Origin: Microcella sp.
GTDB lineage: Bacteria; Actinomycetota; Actinomycetes; Actinomycetales; Microbacteriaceae
NCBI RefSeq assembly: GCF_033763155.1
Contig: NZ_JANRKZ010000233.1
Coordinates: 1-51,450, forward strand
DNA length: 51,450 nucleotides
Direction: 5' to 3'
This document shows, in pieces, positions 1-10,479 of this stretch. The number at the start of each line of letters is the position of its first letter. The first letter of the stretch is position 1. The notes below the pieces were generated by a model that was not told the origin of the DNA, did not search any database, and saw only the letters and a program-made list of their open reading frames with translations. The position numbers and the translations under genes were made by a program.

Positions 1-1033
1 CCGGCGCAACGCGCGCACTGATCTTCACGGTGATCGAGGGCGCCAGGGTGTTCGAGGCGTTCTGAACGCTCGGGGCGTCGATGCCCGTCACAGTGATCGA
101 CGGCTGTGCCCAGATGCGGTGAAGCAGGTCATCGCGGCCGATGGGAGTGACTCCGTCGAGCAGTCCTGTTTCGTCGCGGAGTCGCTGCTCAGTAATCACG
201 GGGACCTCTTGATCGTGTGACCGCATACCCGCCACGGCGACCGAGCCCTCGGCGTCGTGCAGGGTAGCGAGAAGGGCGATCGTGGCGAGCATCGCATCCG
301 GTACCGCTCCCCCAAACATTCCGGAGTGCGATGCGTGCTGCAGCGTCGACACGGTCAGGCTGAACGTCGCGTTGCCGCGAAGCCCGACCGTGAGTGACGG
401 CGTATCGACGCTCCAGTTGTCGGAATCGGCGACCACAATCACATCGGCGGCCAGCAGCTCACGATGACGCTCGAGAAGCGCGCCGAACGATCGGGACCCA
501 AATTCTTCTTCGCCCTCGATAAACACCACGAGGCCGAGATCAGGAACTCCCGTTGTCTCGGTCAATGCTCGGATGGCGGCAACGTGGGCCAAGACGCCGG
601 CCTTGTCATCCGCGACGCCTCGGCCATAGAGCCGATCACCCCGCAGCGTGGGCTCAAATGGCGGTGACGACCACGCACTGTCGTGGCCGGGAGGCTGAAC
701 GTCGTGATGGGCGTAAAGCAAGACGGTCGGGAATCCAGGGGCAGCAGCGCGCCGAGCAAGCACCGCCGGTTGACCGAGAACACCGTCGTCGCCAGGAGCG
801 CGGTCGATCGTGACGGTGTCGAAGACGTCGAGTTCACGCAGCAGTTCTGCCGTTCGCTCGGCTGATGCCTGAACGTGGGCCGGGTCGAATCCGTCCCACG
901 ACACAGACGGGATGCGCACGAGGTCACTCAGCTCGGCGATAGCGCGCGGCAGACCGCCCTGAACGCTGTCGGTGAGTGCCTCGAGAGTGTGCGCATCGAG
1001 AGGCAATGCGGCGGAGCGTTCGGGGGGTGTCAT
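1..1033 (-). CDS. M20/M25/M40 family dipeptidase (3' end runs off the window)
   Basis: Not in ORF track. Manual translation from ATG 1033: MTPPERSAALPLDAHTLEALTDSVQGGLPRAIAELSDLVRIPSVSW...VLLYAHHDVQP...LYGRGVADDKAG, which are M20 metallopeptidase motifs. Confidence 0.9.
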   Translation of the reverse strand, partial: MTPPERSAALPLDAHTLEALTDSVQGGLPRAIAELSDLVRIPSVSWDGFDPAHVQASAERTAELLRELDVFDTVTIDRAPGDDGVLGQPAVLARRAAAPGFPTVLLYAHHDVQPPGHDSAWSSPPFEPTLRGDRLYGRGVADDKAGVLAHVAAIRALTETTGVPDLGLVVFIEGEEEFGSRSFGALLERHRELLAADVIVVADSDNWSVDTPSLTVGLRGNATFSLTVSTLQHASHSGMFGGAVPDAMLATIALLATLHDAEGSVAVAGMRSHDQEVPVITEQRLRDETGLLDGVTPIGRDDLLHRIWAQPSITVTGIDAPSVQNASNTLAPSITVKISARVAP

Positions 1034-1077
1034 GCCGGTAATCTTAAGCCTCAGCATCAATGGAAGGATGTGCCGCC

Positions 1078-1677
1078 GTGGCCGCCCGCGACAACGCCAA
1101 CACCACTCCCAGCGCCGCCGAGCAAGCGACGGCTGACGCCAACGCCACTGCCGAGGCCATTGCCGCAGGCAAGGGCCGCCCAACGCCCACGCGCAAAGAG
1201 CGCGAAGCTGCGCGCAAGCGCCCTCTCGTTCCGAACGATCGGAAGCAGGCTGCGAAAGAGCACCGCGAGAAGATGAACGCCGCGCGCGAGCGGGCGCGCA
1301 TCGGTATGGCCAACGGTGAAGAGAAGTACCTTCCGCAGCGCGACCGCGGCCCGCAAAAGAAGTGGGTGCGCGACTATGTCGATGCGCGCATCAACATCGG
1401 CGAATTCTTGATTCCGGTCATGTTCGTCGTGATCATCTTGACCTTTGTGCCGTCGGTCGAAGCCCAAACGATTTCCATTCTGGCGCTGTGGGCCTTCTTC
1501 CTCGTCGCGGTGCTCGACTCGACCCTGTTGGGCTTTATCGTTCGCCGCAAACTGGTGAAGAAGTTCGGCGCCGACAAGGTCGAGAAGGTGCGCTGGTACG
1601 CAGCAATGCGGTCGCTGCAGTTACGCGTGCTCCGTCTGCCCAAGCCTCAGGTGAAGCGCGGACAGTTCCCCGAGTAG
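1078..1677 (+). CDS. DUF3043 domain membrane protein
   Basis: GKGRPTPTRKE and RDRGPQKKWVRDYVD motifs, two TM helices, C-terminal LRLPKPQVKRG. Start is GTG 1078 or ATG 1060. Confidence 0.85.
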   Translation: MAARDNANTTPSAAEQATADANATAEAIAAGKGRPTPTRKEREAARKRPLVPNDRKQAAKEHREKMNAARERARIGMANGEEKYLPQRDRGPQKKWVRDYVDARINIGEFLIPVMFVVIILTFVPSVEAQTISILALWAFFLVAVLDSTLLGFIVRRKLVKKFGADKVEKVRWYAAMRSLQLRVLRLPKPQVKRGQFPE

Positions 1678-1682
1678 AGGGG

Positions 1683-2711
1683 TTAGCGGCCGCGCGCGGC
1701 GAGACCGTGGGTGACCTGCCGGGCCCACAACGGGCCGCGATACAGAAACGCCGTATATCCCTGCACCAGGGTTGCTCCGGCGTCGAGTCGCTCGGCAGCG
1801 TCGTCGGCCGTGTCAACGCCGCCCACGGCGATCACGCAGAAGTCGTCGGGCACCGAGGCTCGAACGCGTCGTAACACCTCGAGTGAGCGAGCACGCAACG
1901 GAGCGCCGCTGAGCCCGCCCGCGCCTGCCGCCAAGACCGCGGCGTTGCCGGTCAAGAGGCCGTCACGACTGATCGTGGTGTTCGTCGCGATGATGCCCGC
2001 GAGCCCTAACTCGATCGCGAGTTGGCACACGGCGTCGATCGCGCTGTCATCGAGATCGGGCGCGATCTTCACGAGAACCGGCGTCTCGCCCGCTTCGTCG
2101 AGTACGGCCGAGAGCAGTGGTCGCAGCAATGCCTCGTCTTGTAGGCCACGCAACCCCGGGGTGTTGGGCGAGCTGACGTTGACGGCGAGGTAGTCGGCGA
2201 CCGGGGCGAGTAGGCGGGCCGACTCGCGATAGTCGACCACAGCATCCTCGACCGCGACGACACGGCTTTTGCCGATGTTCGCGCCAATGATGGGCCGCTG
2301 AGCCCGGCGGCGTTCGCGGGCGACCCGCGAAGCGGCGGCTACTGCTCCCCCGTTATTGAACCCCATGCGATTGATGACGGCTCGATCGTCAACAAGGCGA
2401 AACAGACGCGGCTTGGGGTTGCCCTCTTGCGCGATCGCCGTGACGGTGCCGATTTCGACGTGACCGAAACCAAGCGCCCACAGGCCACGGATGCTCCGCG
2501 CGTCTTTGTCGAACCCGGCAGCCATACCGAACGGCGACTCAAAGTGCAGCCCGAGCGCGTCGACGGCGAGAGCCGGGTCAGGCCGTGTGAATCGACGCAC
2601 CAGTCGCGTGAGCCCCAGCGCGGGGATTGCCCGAATGACGACGACCGCTAGATGATGTGCCCGCTCGGGGTCGATGCGGCGCAAGACCGTGCGAAAGAAG
2701 AACTCGTACAC
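1683..2711 (-). CDS. pyrD: Quinone-dependent dihydroorotate dehydrogenase (class 2)
   Basis: GMAAGFDK, GNPKPRLFRL, INRMGFNN, NVSSPNTPGLR and GGLSG motifs. Confidence 0.96.
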   Translation of the reverse strand: MYEFFFRTVLRRIDPERAHHLAVVVIRAIPALGLTRLVRRFTRPDPALAVDALGLHFESPFGMAAGFDKDARSIRGLWALGFGHVEIGTVTAIAQEGNPKPRLFRLVDDRAVINRMGFNNGGAVAAASRVARERRRAQRPIIGANIGKSRVVAVEDAVVDYRESARLLAPVADYLAVNVSSPNTPGLRGLQDEALLRPLLSAVLDEAGETPVLVKIAPDLDDSAIDAVCQLAIELGLAGIIATNTTISRDGLLTGNAAVLAAGAGGLSGAPLRARSLEVLRRVRASVPDDFCVIAVGGVDTADDAAERLDAGATLVQGYTAFLYRGPLWARQVTHGLAARGR

Positions 2712-2719
2712 CGTGGTGG

Positions 2720-3196
2720 TTATTCGGCGTCGGAGGCAGCGGCGGGCTGAGCGCGCTCAACACGCAATTGGGTGATGGCCGACTCGAAGTCGTCGAGATT
2801 CTCGAACGCCTGATAGACGCTCGCGAACCGCAAATAGGCAACCTCATCGAGCTGGCGCAGTTCGGGCAAGATCGCGAGACCGATGTCGTTCGCGTCGAGC
2901 TGCGAAGCGCCCGTCGCGCGCAGATTCTCTTCGACCTTCTGAGCGAGTTGCGCGAGGTCGGCGTCGGTCACCGGGCGACCCTGGCACGCCTTGCGCACGC
3001 CGAGCACGATCTTCTCGCGCGAAAAAGGCTCCACGACGCCACTGCGTTTGATCACCATGAGGCTTGCCGTCTCGGTCGTGCTGAAGCGGCGCCCGCACTC
3101 GGGGCACTGCCGACGGCGTCGAATCGAGAGCCCGTCATCACTCGTGCGCGAGTCGATGACGCGGCTATCAGAGTGACGACAGAAAGGGCAGTGCAT
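2720..3196 (-). CDS. nrdR: Transcriptional repressor NrdR
   Basis: MHCPFC...RRRRQCPEC zinc ribbon, ATP cone, [10 protein letters not shown]. Confidence 0.97.
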   Translation of the reverse strand: MHCPFCRHSDSRVIDSRTSDDGLSIRRRRQCPECGRRFSTTETASLMVIKRSGVVEPFSREKIVLGVRKACQGRPVTDADLAQLAQKVEENLRATGASQLDANDIGLAILPELRQLDEVAYLRFASVYQAFENLDDFESAITQLRVERAQPAAASDAE

Positions 3197-3208
3197 GGTT
3201 CAGCCAGC

Positions 3209-4513
3209 CTAGACGAACCGCGCACGCACGGCGTCGCCGTGAGCCGGCAGGTGCTCGGCGTCGCTGAGCGCGCCGACGTGATCGGCAACCTCGGCGAGAG
3301 CATCCCGGCTGTATTCGATGATTTGTTGCGGGCGCAAGAACGTGTAGGCGCCGAGACCAGAGGCGAATCGCGCCTGACCGCCCGTCGGCAAAACGTGATT
3401 CGAGCCGGCGATGTAGTCACCGAGACTCACGGGCGTGTGGTCGCCGACGAAAATCGCACCCGCGCTGTCGAGCAACGGAAGCAGAGCCTGTGCGTCGGCG
3501 ACCTGCACTTCGAGGTGCTCGGGCCCGTAGGCGTTGCTGAACCGGGCAGCCTGGGTGAGGTCATCCACGAGCACAATCGCCGATTGCGGCCCCTCGAGAG
3601 CCGCCTCGACGCGGTGCCGATGCCGAGTCGCCGCAACCGCCGCCGGCAAGGCCTCGCGCACCGACTGAGCGAAGTCTGCGCTGTCGGTCACGAGCACGCT
3701 CCCGGCAAGTTCATCGTGCTCCGCCTGGCTAATCAGGTCGGCAACGACGTAGTCAGGGCGTGCGGTGGCATCGGCAATGATGAGAATTTCGGTGGGACCC
3801 GCTTCAGAGTCGATGCCGACAACACCCTTCACGGCGCGCTTCGCGGTCGCGACAAACAGGTTTCCTGGCCCGGTAATCACCTGAACGGGTTCGAGACCGA
3901 GATCGTCAACGCCATAGGCCAAAGCCGCAATGGCACCGGCGCCCCCCATCGCATAGACCTCGTCAACGCCGAGAAGACTTGCTGCGCCAAGAATCGTCGG
4001 ATGCACCGACCCGCCGAACTCCGCTTGCGGCGGTGACGCGAGCGCAATCGAGCCGACGCCGGCGACCTGAGCCGCCACCACGTTCATGACGACGCTCGAG
4101 GGATACACCGCCTTGCCCCCTGGCACGTAGAGCCCCACCCGGGCAACGGGCTGCCAGCGCTGCACGATGCGCGCACCCGGAGCGACCTCGGTGACCTGTT
4201 CCGCCGGCACTTGCGCCGCCGAGGTGCGCCGCACGCGGTCTATCGCGTGCTCGAGGGCCGTGCGAACGGCGGGATCGAGCGCGGCCTCGGCGGCGCGCAA
4301 CGACTCAGCGCTCATGCGGATCGCGGCGGGGCGCACGCGATCGAAGCGCTCGGCCTGATCACTCAAGGCAACGCTGCCGCGCTCGCGGACATCCCGAATC
4401 AATGCGTCGACGGCGTCGACAGCCGAGCCGACATCACTCGCCGCTCGGGGAACCAGGGCGAGAAGGTCGGCGGCCGACAGCGTGCGGCCGCGCAAGTCGA
4501 GAGTTCGCATCAT
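3209..4513 (-). CDS. hisD: Histidinol dehydrogenase
   Basis: GLYVPGG, GPGNLFV, IDSEAGPTE, SQAEHD, PEHLE, GSNHVLPT. Confidence 0.97.
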   Translation of the reverse strand: MMRTLDLRGRTLSAADLLALVPRAASDVGSAVDAVDALIRDVRERGSVALSDQAERFDRVRPAAIRMSAESLRAAEAALDPAVRTALEHAIDRVRRTSAAQVPAEQVTEVAPGARIVQRWQPVARVGLYVPGGKAVYPSSVVMNVVAAQVAGVGSIALASPPQAEFGGSVHPTILGAASLLGVDEVYAMGGAGAIAALAYGVDDLGLEPVQVITGPGNLFVATAKRAVKGVVGIDSEAGPTEILIIADATARPDYVVADLISQAEHDELAGSVLVTDSADFAQSVREALPAAVAATRHRHRVEAALEGPQSAIVLVDDLTQAARFSNAYGPEHLEVQVADAQALLPLLDSAGAIFVGDHTPVSLGDYIAGSNHVLPTGGQARFASGLGAYTFLRPQQIIEYSRDALAEVADHVGALSDAEHLPAHGDAVRARFV

Positions 4514-4578
4514 GACGTGTTCAGCCTAATCGCGGCCAGCCTCGGGAATACCCGAGCACGAATGCGGTTGCATAGACC

Positions 4579-5082
4579 GTGATGACCACTGCTCCTGATG
4601 CCACCGGTTTCGACGCTTTCGCGCAAGCCTTTCGTCGCCACGCGGCGGGAGTCGCCGTGATCACCGCGCTCACGCCCGAGGGCCGCCCCGTGGGATTCAC
4701 AGCAACGTCGCTCGCGTCGCTCGCGGCCGTTCCGCCGCTTGCGACGTTCAACATGGCGCGCACGGCGAGTTCGTGGCCGGCGATCGAACAAACCGACCGC
4801 GTCGCCATTCACATGATGGGTCAAGACGACTTCGCCGTCGCGAAGATCATGGCGGGTGACAACGCTCACCGCTTCGATGGCGACCATTGGGAACCGGGTC
4901 CGCATGGTCTTCCCATTCTCAAGAACGTCACGGCCTGGATGGTCGGCACGATCGTTGCGCGCACTCCTGTCGCGGGCAACGCGATGATCGCCGTTCAGAT
5001 CGACGAAGGCGCCATCGGCGAACCCGACGAACCGCTGCTGTACCACGAGCGCGCGTATCGCGCCCTCGGCGCTGAGCTCTAG
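4579..5082 (+). CDS. Flavin reductase family protein
   Basis: FRRHAAGVAVIT, GFTATS, PLLYHERAY. Confidence 0.9.
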   Translation: MMTTAPDATGFDAFAQAFRRHAAGVAVITALTPEGRPVGFTATSLASLAAVPPLATFNMARTASSWPAIEQTDRVAIHMMGQDDFAVAKIMAGDNAHRFDGDHWEPGPHGLPILKNVTAWMVGTIVARTPVAGNAMIAVQIDEGAIGEPDEPLLYHERAYRALGAEL

Positions 5083-5120
5083 TCTTCGCGTGAACAGCCG
5101 CTGGGGCGGCCAAGCGCCGG

Positions 5121-8100
5121 CTAGTTCAGGGCTCGAGGGCCGAGGAGGCTCTTGACCTCACCAAAGAACCCTGCCGAGGGTTCGACTCGGTGGGGCAGCT
5201 CGAACACGCGCGCGGAGTCATCGCGAAGCAAGCGCAACCGCACTTCGGTCGAGCCCGCGTGCCGCAGCAGCACAGCATCGAGTTCGCTCACGACATCGAC
5301 GGTCGCCCGATTCTCGCGCACGGTGAGCGTCAAGGGGCCGCTCTCGGTCGCCACGCCGAAGTCTGGTTGCGTGAGGCTCATGGCCTGGAGTGAGATTCCG
5401 TCGTCGCGATGGTTTACGCGGCCGCGCACAACCACGATGCTGTCGGCCGCCAACCGGGAACCGAACTCGAGATAGGTCTTGCCCAAGAACATGATGCTGA
5501 TCTCGCCACCGAAGTCTTCGAGCGTGATCATGCCGTAGGGGTTGCCCGACTGGCGCGCGACGCGATGCTGCACGCTCGTGATGAGCCCGGCGACCGTGAC
5601 CTGCTCGCCGTCGGCGGGAGGATTGTCGTTGAGCTCGGCGATTCCCGCGCCGGCGTGTTGTGCCAAGGCGCGTTCGAGACCCGCGAGGGGGTGATCTGAC
5701 ACGTAGAGGCCGAGCATCTCGCGCTCAAAGGCCAGCTTGTCTTTCTTGGCCCACTCGGGACGATCGGGCACATGACCGGCGGTGTGATCGGGCTCGTCAA
5801 AGAGGCTGTCGAAGTCGAACCCGACATCGCCATTCTCTTCAGCGCGCTTCTCCTTCACCGCGGCCTCGACTGCCGACTCATGAATCTCCATGAGCGCTCG
5901 GCGCGTTGCTCCGAGCGAATCAAACGCTCCCGCCTTGATGAGCGATTCAATGGCGCGTTTGTTGGCCACGGTGCTCGGCACTTTCTTCAAGAAATCGAAG
6001 AAGCCCGTGAACCGGCCCTTGCTCTCACGAGATGAACGGATGCCCTCCACGACGTTATGCCCCACATTGCGCACGGCCCCGAGACCGAAGCGAATGTCGT
6101 CGCCCACAGCGGCAAAGTACTCGATCGACTCGTTGACGTCGGGAGGCAAAACCGTAATGCCCATCCGGCGGCACTCGTTGAGGTACACGGCCATCTTGTC
6201 TTTGGAATCGCCCACGCTCGTTAACAAGGCCGCCATGTATTCGGCCGGGTAATGAGCCTTGAGGTACGCGGTCCAGTATGAGACGACGCCATACGCGGCC
6301 GAGTGCGCCTTGTTGAAGGCGTAGTCAGAGAAGGGCACCAGGATGTCCCAGAGCGTCTTCACCGCGGCAGCGGAGTAGCCGTTGGCGGTCATCCCCGCCT
6401 CGAAGTTTTCGTACTGCTTGTCGAGCTCTTCTTTCTTCTTCTTGCCCATCGCACGACGCAGCAGGTCGGCTTGCGCGAGCGTGTAGCCCGCGAGCTTCTG
6501 CGCGATCTCCATCACTTGCTCTTGGTAGACGATGAGTCCGTAGGTGCCGCCGAGCACCTCGGCGAGCGGTTCGGCAAGTTCAGGGTGAATCGGCGTGATC
6601 TCTTGGCGGCCGTTCTTGCGCAACGCGTAGTTGGTGTGCGAGTCGGCACCCATCGGGCCGGGCCGATACAAGGCCAGCACGGCCGAGATGTCTTCGAAAT
6701 TGTCGGGCTTCATCATGCGCAAGAGCGAGCGCATCGGACCGCCATCGAGCTGGAACACTCCGAGGGTGTCTCCGCGAGCCAACAGCTCGTAGGCGGCCGG
6801 GTCGTCGAGCGTGAGGTCTTCGAGCACGAGCCGAGTGCCACGGTTCGCCTCGATGTTGTCGAGCGCGTCATCAATGATCGTCAGGTTGCGGAGGCCCAAG
6901 AAGTCCATCTTGACGAGACCGAGCGCTTCTGAGGCGGGGAAGTCGAATTGCGTGACGATCTGGCCGTCTTGCTCGCGCTTCATGATCGGAATGATGTCGA
7001 TGAGCGGCTCGCTCGACATGATCACACCGGCGGCGTGCACACCCCACTGCCGCTTGAGGTTTTCGAGCCCCAAGGCGGTGTCGAAAACCGTTCGGGCCTC
7101 GGCGTCGACCTCGATGAGGGCACGGAAGTCAGCAGCCTCTTTGTACCGCTTGTCGGTGGGGTCGAGGATGCCCGAGAGAGGCATATCTTTGCCCATGATC
7201 GCGGGCGGCATGGCCTTGGTGAGCTTCTCGCCCATGCCGAACGGGAACCCCAGCACACGCGAGCTGTCCTTGAGGGCCTGCTTGGCCTTGATGGTGCCGT
7301 AGGTGACGATCTGGGCGACGCGCTCGTCGCCGTACTTCTCGGTGACGTACCGGATGACCTCGCCGCGGCGGCGGTCGTCGAAGTCGACGTCGAAGTCGGG
7401 CATCGAGACGCGGTCGGGGTTGAGGAAGCGCTCGAAGATCAACCCGTGTTCGAGCGGGTCGAGATCGGTGATGCGCATGGCGTAGGCGGCCATCGACCCG
7501 GCGCCCGAGCCACGGCCCGGGCCCACGCGGATTCCATTGCGCTTTGACCAGTTGATGAAGTCAGCAACGACCAAGAAGTAGCCCGCGAAGCCCATCTGGG
7601 TGATAACGCCGATCTCGTATTCGGCACGCGCGCGCACAGCATCCGGAACCCCGCCGGGGTAGCGAACGGCGAGACCGCGTTCGACTTCGTGCACGAACCA
7701 ACTGTTCTCGGTTTCGCCCTCAGGAACGGGATACCGAGGCATGTAGTTGGCCGAGGTATTGAAGGCGACGTCGGCGCGCTCGGCGATGAGCAGCGTGTTG
7801 TCACACGCTTCGGGATAGTCGCGGAAGAGTTCGCGCATTTGCGCGGGGGTCTTGAGATAGAACTCGTCCGAGTCGAACTTGAACCGATTGGGGTCATCGA
7901 GCGTTGACCCCGATTGCACGCACAGCAGAGCCGCGTGCGAACCCGCATCGCCCGCGTGGGTGTAGTGCAAGTCGTTTGTCGCCACGAGCGGCAGCGCGAG
8001 GTCTTTCGCGAGGCGAATGAGCTCAGACATCGTGCGCCGCTCGATGCCGAGACCGTGGTCCATGATCTCGACGAAATAGTTTTCGGCACCGAAGATGTCT

Positions 8101-8636
8101 CGAAACTCCGCCGCCGCCTCGCGTGCCTTCTCATAGTCACCGAGTCGCAAGCGAGTCTGCACTTCACCACTCACGCACCCGGTGGTGGCGATCACTCCGT
8201 CGGCATAGCGGCTGAGCAATTCGCGGTCCATACGCGGCTTGAAGTAGTAGCCCTCGATCGAAGCCAGCGAGGCCATGCGAAACAGGTTGTGCATGCCTGC
8301 CGTCGTCGCCGCGAGCATGGTGAGGTGGGTATAGGCCCCCGCGCCCGATACGTCGTCTTCGCCGCCCGAACCCCACTTGACGCGCGTCTTATCCGTGCGG
8401 TGCGTGCCCGGCGTCAGATATGCCTCGATGCCAATGATGGGCTTGATGCCGGCATCTTTCGCGGTCTTCCAGAAGTCGAAGGCACCGAACATGTTGCCGT
8501 GGTCAGTCACGGCGATGGCGGGCATGCCTTGCGCAACGGCCTCGGCAATGAGCGGCTGCACGCGTGCGGCACCGTCGAGCATCGAGTATTCGCTGTGCAC
8601 GTGAAGGTGCACGAACGAATCTGCACGACTAGACAC
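5121..8636 (-). CDS. dnaE: DNA polymerase III alpha subunit
   Basis: PHP domain (HLHVHSEYS, TDHGN), GPGRGSGAGS, RVSMPDFDVDF, YAFNKAH, C-terminal OB fold. 1171 aa, no intein seen. Confidence 0.98.
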   Translation of the reverse strand: MSSRADSFVHLHVHSEYSMLDGAARVQPLIAEAVAQGMPAIAVTDHGNMFGAFDFWKTAKDAGIKPIIGIEAYLTPGTHRTDKTRVKWGSGGEDDVSGAGAYTHLTMLAATTAGMHNLFRMASLASIEGYYFKPRMDRELLSRYADGVIATTGCVSGEVQTRLRLGDYEKAREAAAEFRDIFGAENYFVEIMDHGLGIERRTMSELIRLAKDLALPLVATNDLHYTHAGDAGSHAALLCVQSGSTLDDPNRFKFDSDEFYLKTPAQMRELFRDYPEACDNTLLIAERADVAFNTSANYMPRYPVPEGETENSWFVHEVERGLAVRYPGGVPDAVRARAEYEIGVITQMGFAGYFLVVADFINWSKRNGIRVGPGRGSGAGSMAAYAMRITDLDPLEHGLIFERFLNPDRVSMPDFDVDFDDRRRGEVIRYVTEKYGDERVAQIVTYGTIKAKQALKDSSRVLGFPFGMGEKLTKAMPPAIMGKDMPLSGILDPTDKRYKEAADFRALIEVDAEARTVFDTALGLENLKRQWGVHAAGVIMSSEPLIDIIPIMKREQDGQIVTQFDFPASEALGLVKMDFLGLRNLTIIDDALDNIEANRGTRLVLEDLTLDDPAAYELLARGDTLGVFQLDGGPMRSLLRMMKPDNFEDISAVLALYRPGPMGADSHTNYALRKNGRQEITPIHPELAEPLAEVLGGTYGLIVYQEQVMEIAQKLAGYTLAQADLLRRAMGKKKKEELDKQYENFEAGMTANGYSAAAVKTLWDILVPFSDYAFNKAHSAAYGVVSYWTAYLKAHYPAEYMAALLTSVGDSKDKMAVYLNECRRMGITVLPPDVNESIEYFAAVGDDIRFGLGAVRNVGHNVVEGIRSSRESKGRFTGFFDFLKKVPSTVANKRAIESLIKAGAFDSLGATRRALMEIHESAVEAAVKEKRAEENGDVGFDFDSLFDEPDHTAGHVPDRPEWAKKDKLAFEREMLGLYVSDHPLAGLERALAQHAGAGIAELNDNPPADGEQVTVAGLITSVQHRVARQSGNPYGMITLEDFGGEISIMFLGKTYLEFGSRLAADSIVVVRGRVNHRDDGISLQAMSLTQPDFGVATESGPLTLTVRENRATVDVVSELDAVLLRHAGSTEVRLRLLRDDSARVFELPHRVEPSAGFFGEVKSLLGPRALN

Positions 8637-8712
8637 AGCGCCTCCGACGGGGTGATCTGGACCCTCAGTCTAGGTCGTGGCGGCGACCCCTCAGAGCGGC
8701 GCGCGCGTCATG

Positions 8713-9636
8713 TCAGCTCGCTCGTAGCACGTCTAGTGCGTGCTGCAAGTCGTCGGGATAGTGCGAGCTGTGTTCGCTCCACTGACCGGTCGACGGATGC
8801 CGAAAGGCGAGCTTCATGGCGTGCAACCACTGCCGATCCAGACCCAGGCGTGCGCTCAGCGTAGGGTCGGCGCCATACATGGCGTCACCCACGCACGGAT
8901 GACGTTGCGCGGCCATATGCACGCGAATCTGATGAGTGCGCCCCGTCTCGAGGTGGATCTCGAGCAGCGACGCGCTCGGAAACGCCTCGATCGTGTCGTA
9001 GTGCGTTACCGACGGTTTTCCGCCCGCGACGACAGCGAACTTCCAGGCGCTACCGGGATGCCGCCCGATCGGCGCATCGATGGTCCCGGAGAGCGGATCA
9101 GGATGACCCTGAACGGTCGCGTGGTAGATCTTCTCCACCTCGCGATCGTGAAACTGCCGCTTGAGTTCTCGATACGCTCCTTCAGACTTTGCGACGACCA
9201 TGAGCCCGCTCGTGCCGGCGTCGAGCCGGTGCACGATGCCCGCTCGCTCGGCCGGGCCTGAGGTCGCAATGCGGTAGCCAGCAGCAGCGAGGGCACCGAT
9301 GACGGTTGGCCCCTCCCAGCCGGCCGAGGGATGCGCGGCAACTCCGACCGGCTTGTCCACGACAACAAGATCATCGTCGTCGAAAACGATGCCGAGGTTG
9401 TCGACGGGGATCGGCTCGATGCGCACCTCGCGCCGGGGCTGCCACGTCACTTCCAGCCATGCATCAGCGACGACGCGATCCGACTTGCCGACAAGCCGGC
9501 CATCGAGTGTCACTCCCCCGGCGTCGGCGATCTCTGCCGCTTGCGTTCGTGAGAATCCGAGCAGCGTCGCGAGCGCAACATCCACTCGTTCACCGGAACG
9601 CCCGGGAGGGACAGGAAGGGAGCGCGACTCAGTCAC
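8713..9636 (-). CDS. RluA/RluD family pseudouridine synthase
   Basis: S4-like N-terminus, [24 protein letters not shown]. Confidence 0.95.
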   Translation of the reverse strand: MTESRSLPVPPGRSGERVDVALATLLGFSRTQAAEIADAGGVTLDGRLVGKSDRVVADAWLEVTWQPRREVRIEPIPVDNLGIVFDDDDLVVVDKPVGVAAHPSAGWEGPTVIGALAAAGYRIATSGPAERAGIVHRLDAGTSGLMVVAKSEGAYRELKRQFHDREVEKIYHATVQGHPDPLSGTIDAPIGRHPGSAWKFAVVAGGKPSVTHYDTIEAFPSASLLEIHLETGRTHQIRVHMAAQRHPCVGDAMYGADPTLSARLGLDRQWLHAMKLAFRHPSTGQWSEHSSHYPDDLQHALDVLRAS

Positions 9637-9690
9637 TGTCGCGCTCCCTGTCGTCTCTGCCGACCGAGTGGTCGATGAGGATGCTGCGGC

Positions 9691-10479
9691 TCAGGAGCCG
9701 TAGCCCGGGAACTGCCCGGGGGGCGCCGCTTGCGGAGAAGGGTAACCCTGCGAAGGAGCCGCTGCGGGATAGGCCGGAGCCGAACCCGGGTACGCCTGCT
9801 CGGCACCGTAGCTTGGAGCGGCTCCATAACCCGCAGGGGCAGCAGCGGGCGCCGAGCCCACCGTCGCGGCGGCCGGGGCGGCCGCTGGCTGGGCAGTGCC
9901 CTCCAGCTCGGTCAACTGGCTCTGAATGTAGGTGCGCAACTGTTGGCGATACTCGCGCTCGAACGTGCGCAGTTCGTCGACCCGCTGTTGCAGCGCCATC
10001 CGCTCGCGCTCGAGAGTCTGCAGTTGACCCTGCTGGGCGCTCGTCGCCTCAGCGACAATGCGAGCTGCCTCGGCCTGCCCCTCGGCGATGATCTGCTCTT
10101 TCCTGGCTAGGCCCTCACGAACGTGCTCTTCGTGCAAACGACGTGCGAGCTGAAGCAAGTTGTTCGTGTCGACACCAGGCTCAGCGCCGCCCAGTGAGGG
10201 CGCATCGGCAACCGGGAACGGCGCCGGAGAGGGTGCGGCAACGGGCGCCGGAGCGGCCGCAGCCTCCATAGGCATCGAGGCGGCGCCACGCTGCAGCTCG
10301 GCGATGCGCGCGTCGGCAGCGACGAGGCGCTGACGCAACTCGTCGTTCTCTTGAGTGAGACGACGCAGCTCGACAACGATCTCATCGAGGAAGTCATCGA
10401 CCTCGTCTTGGTCGTAGCCCTCGCGGAACTTGGTCGATTGGAAGCGCTTGTTGACGACATCTTCTGGCGTGAGTGCCAT
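9691..10479 (-). CDS. divIVA: DivIVA/Wag31 polar growth protein
   Basis: MALTPEDVVNKRF...GYDQDEVDDFLD DivIVA domain and coiled coils. Start moved to ATG 10479. Confidence 0.95.
   Translation of the reverse strand: MALTPEDVVNKRFQSTKFREGYDQDEVDDFLDEIVVELRRLTQENDELRQRLVAADARIAELQRGAASMPMEAAAAPAPVAAPSPAPFPVADAPSLGGAEPGVDTNNLLQLARRLHEEHVREGLARKEQIIAEGQAEAARIVAEATSAQQGQLQTLERERMALQQRVDELRTFEREYRQQLRTYIQSQLTELEGTAQPAAAPAAATVGSAPAAAPAGYGAAPSYGAEQAYPGSAPAYPAAAPSQGYPSPQAAPPGQFPGYGS

Noticed and set aside
2657-4036. Long antisense ORFs (also 7914-8864, 21156-22625, 25290-26564, 30901-32343, 39856-41121, 42052-43311)
   Set aside because: Shadow frames opposite well-supported genes, expected at high GC; no motifs.
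5121-8636. Intein or split in dnaE
   Set aside because: Normal length, continuous motifs, no intein termini seen.
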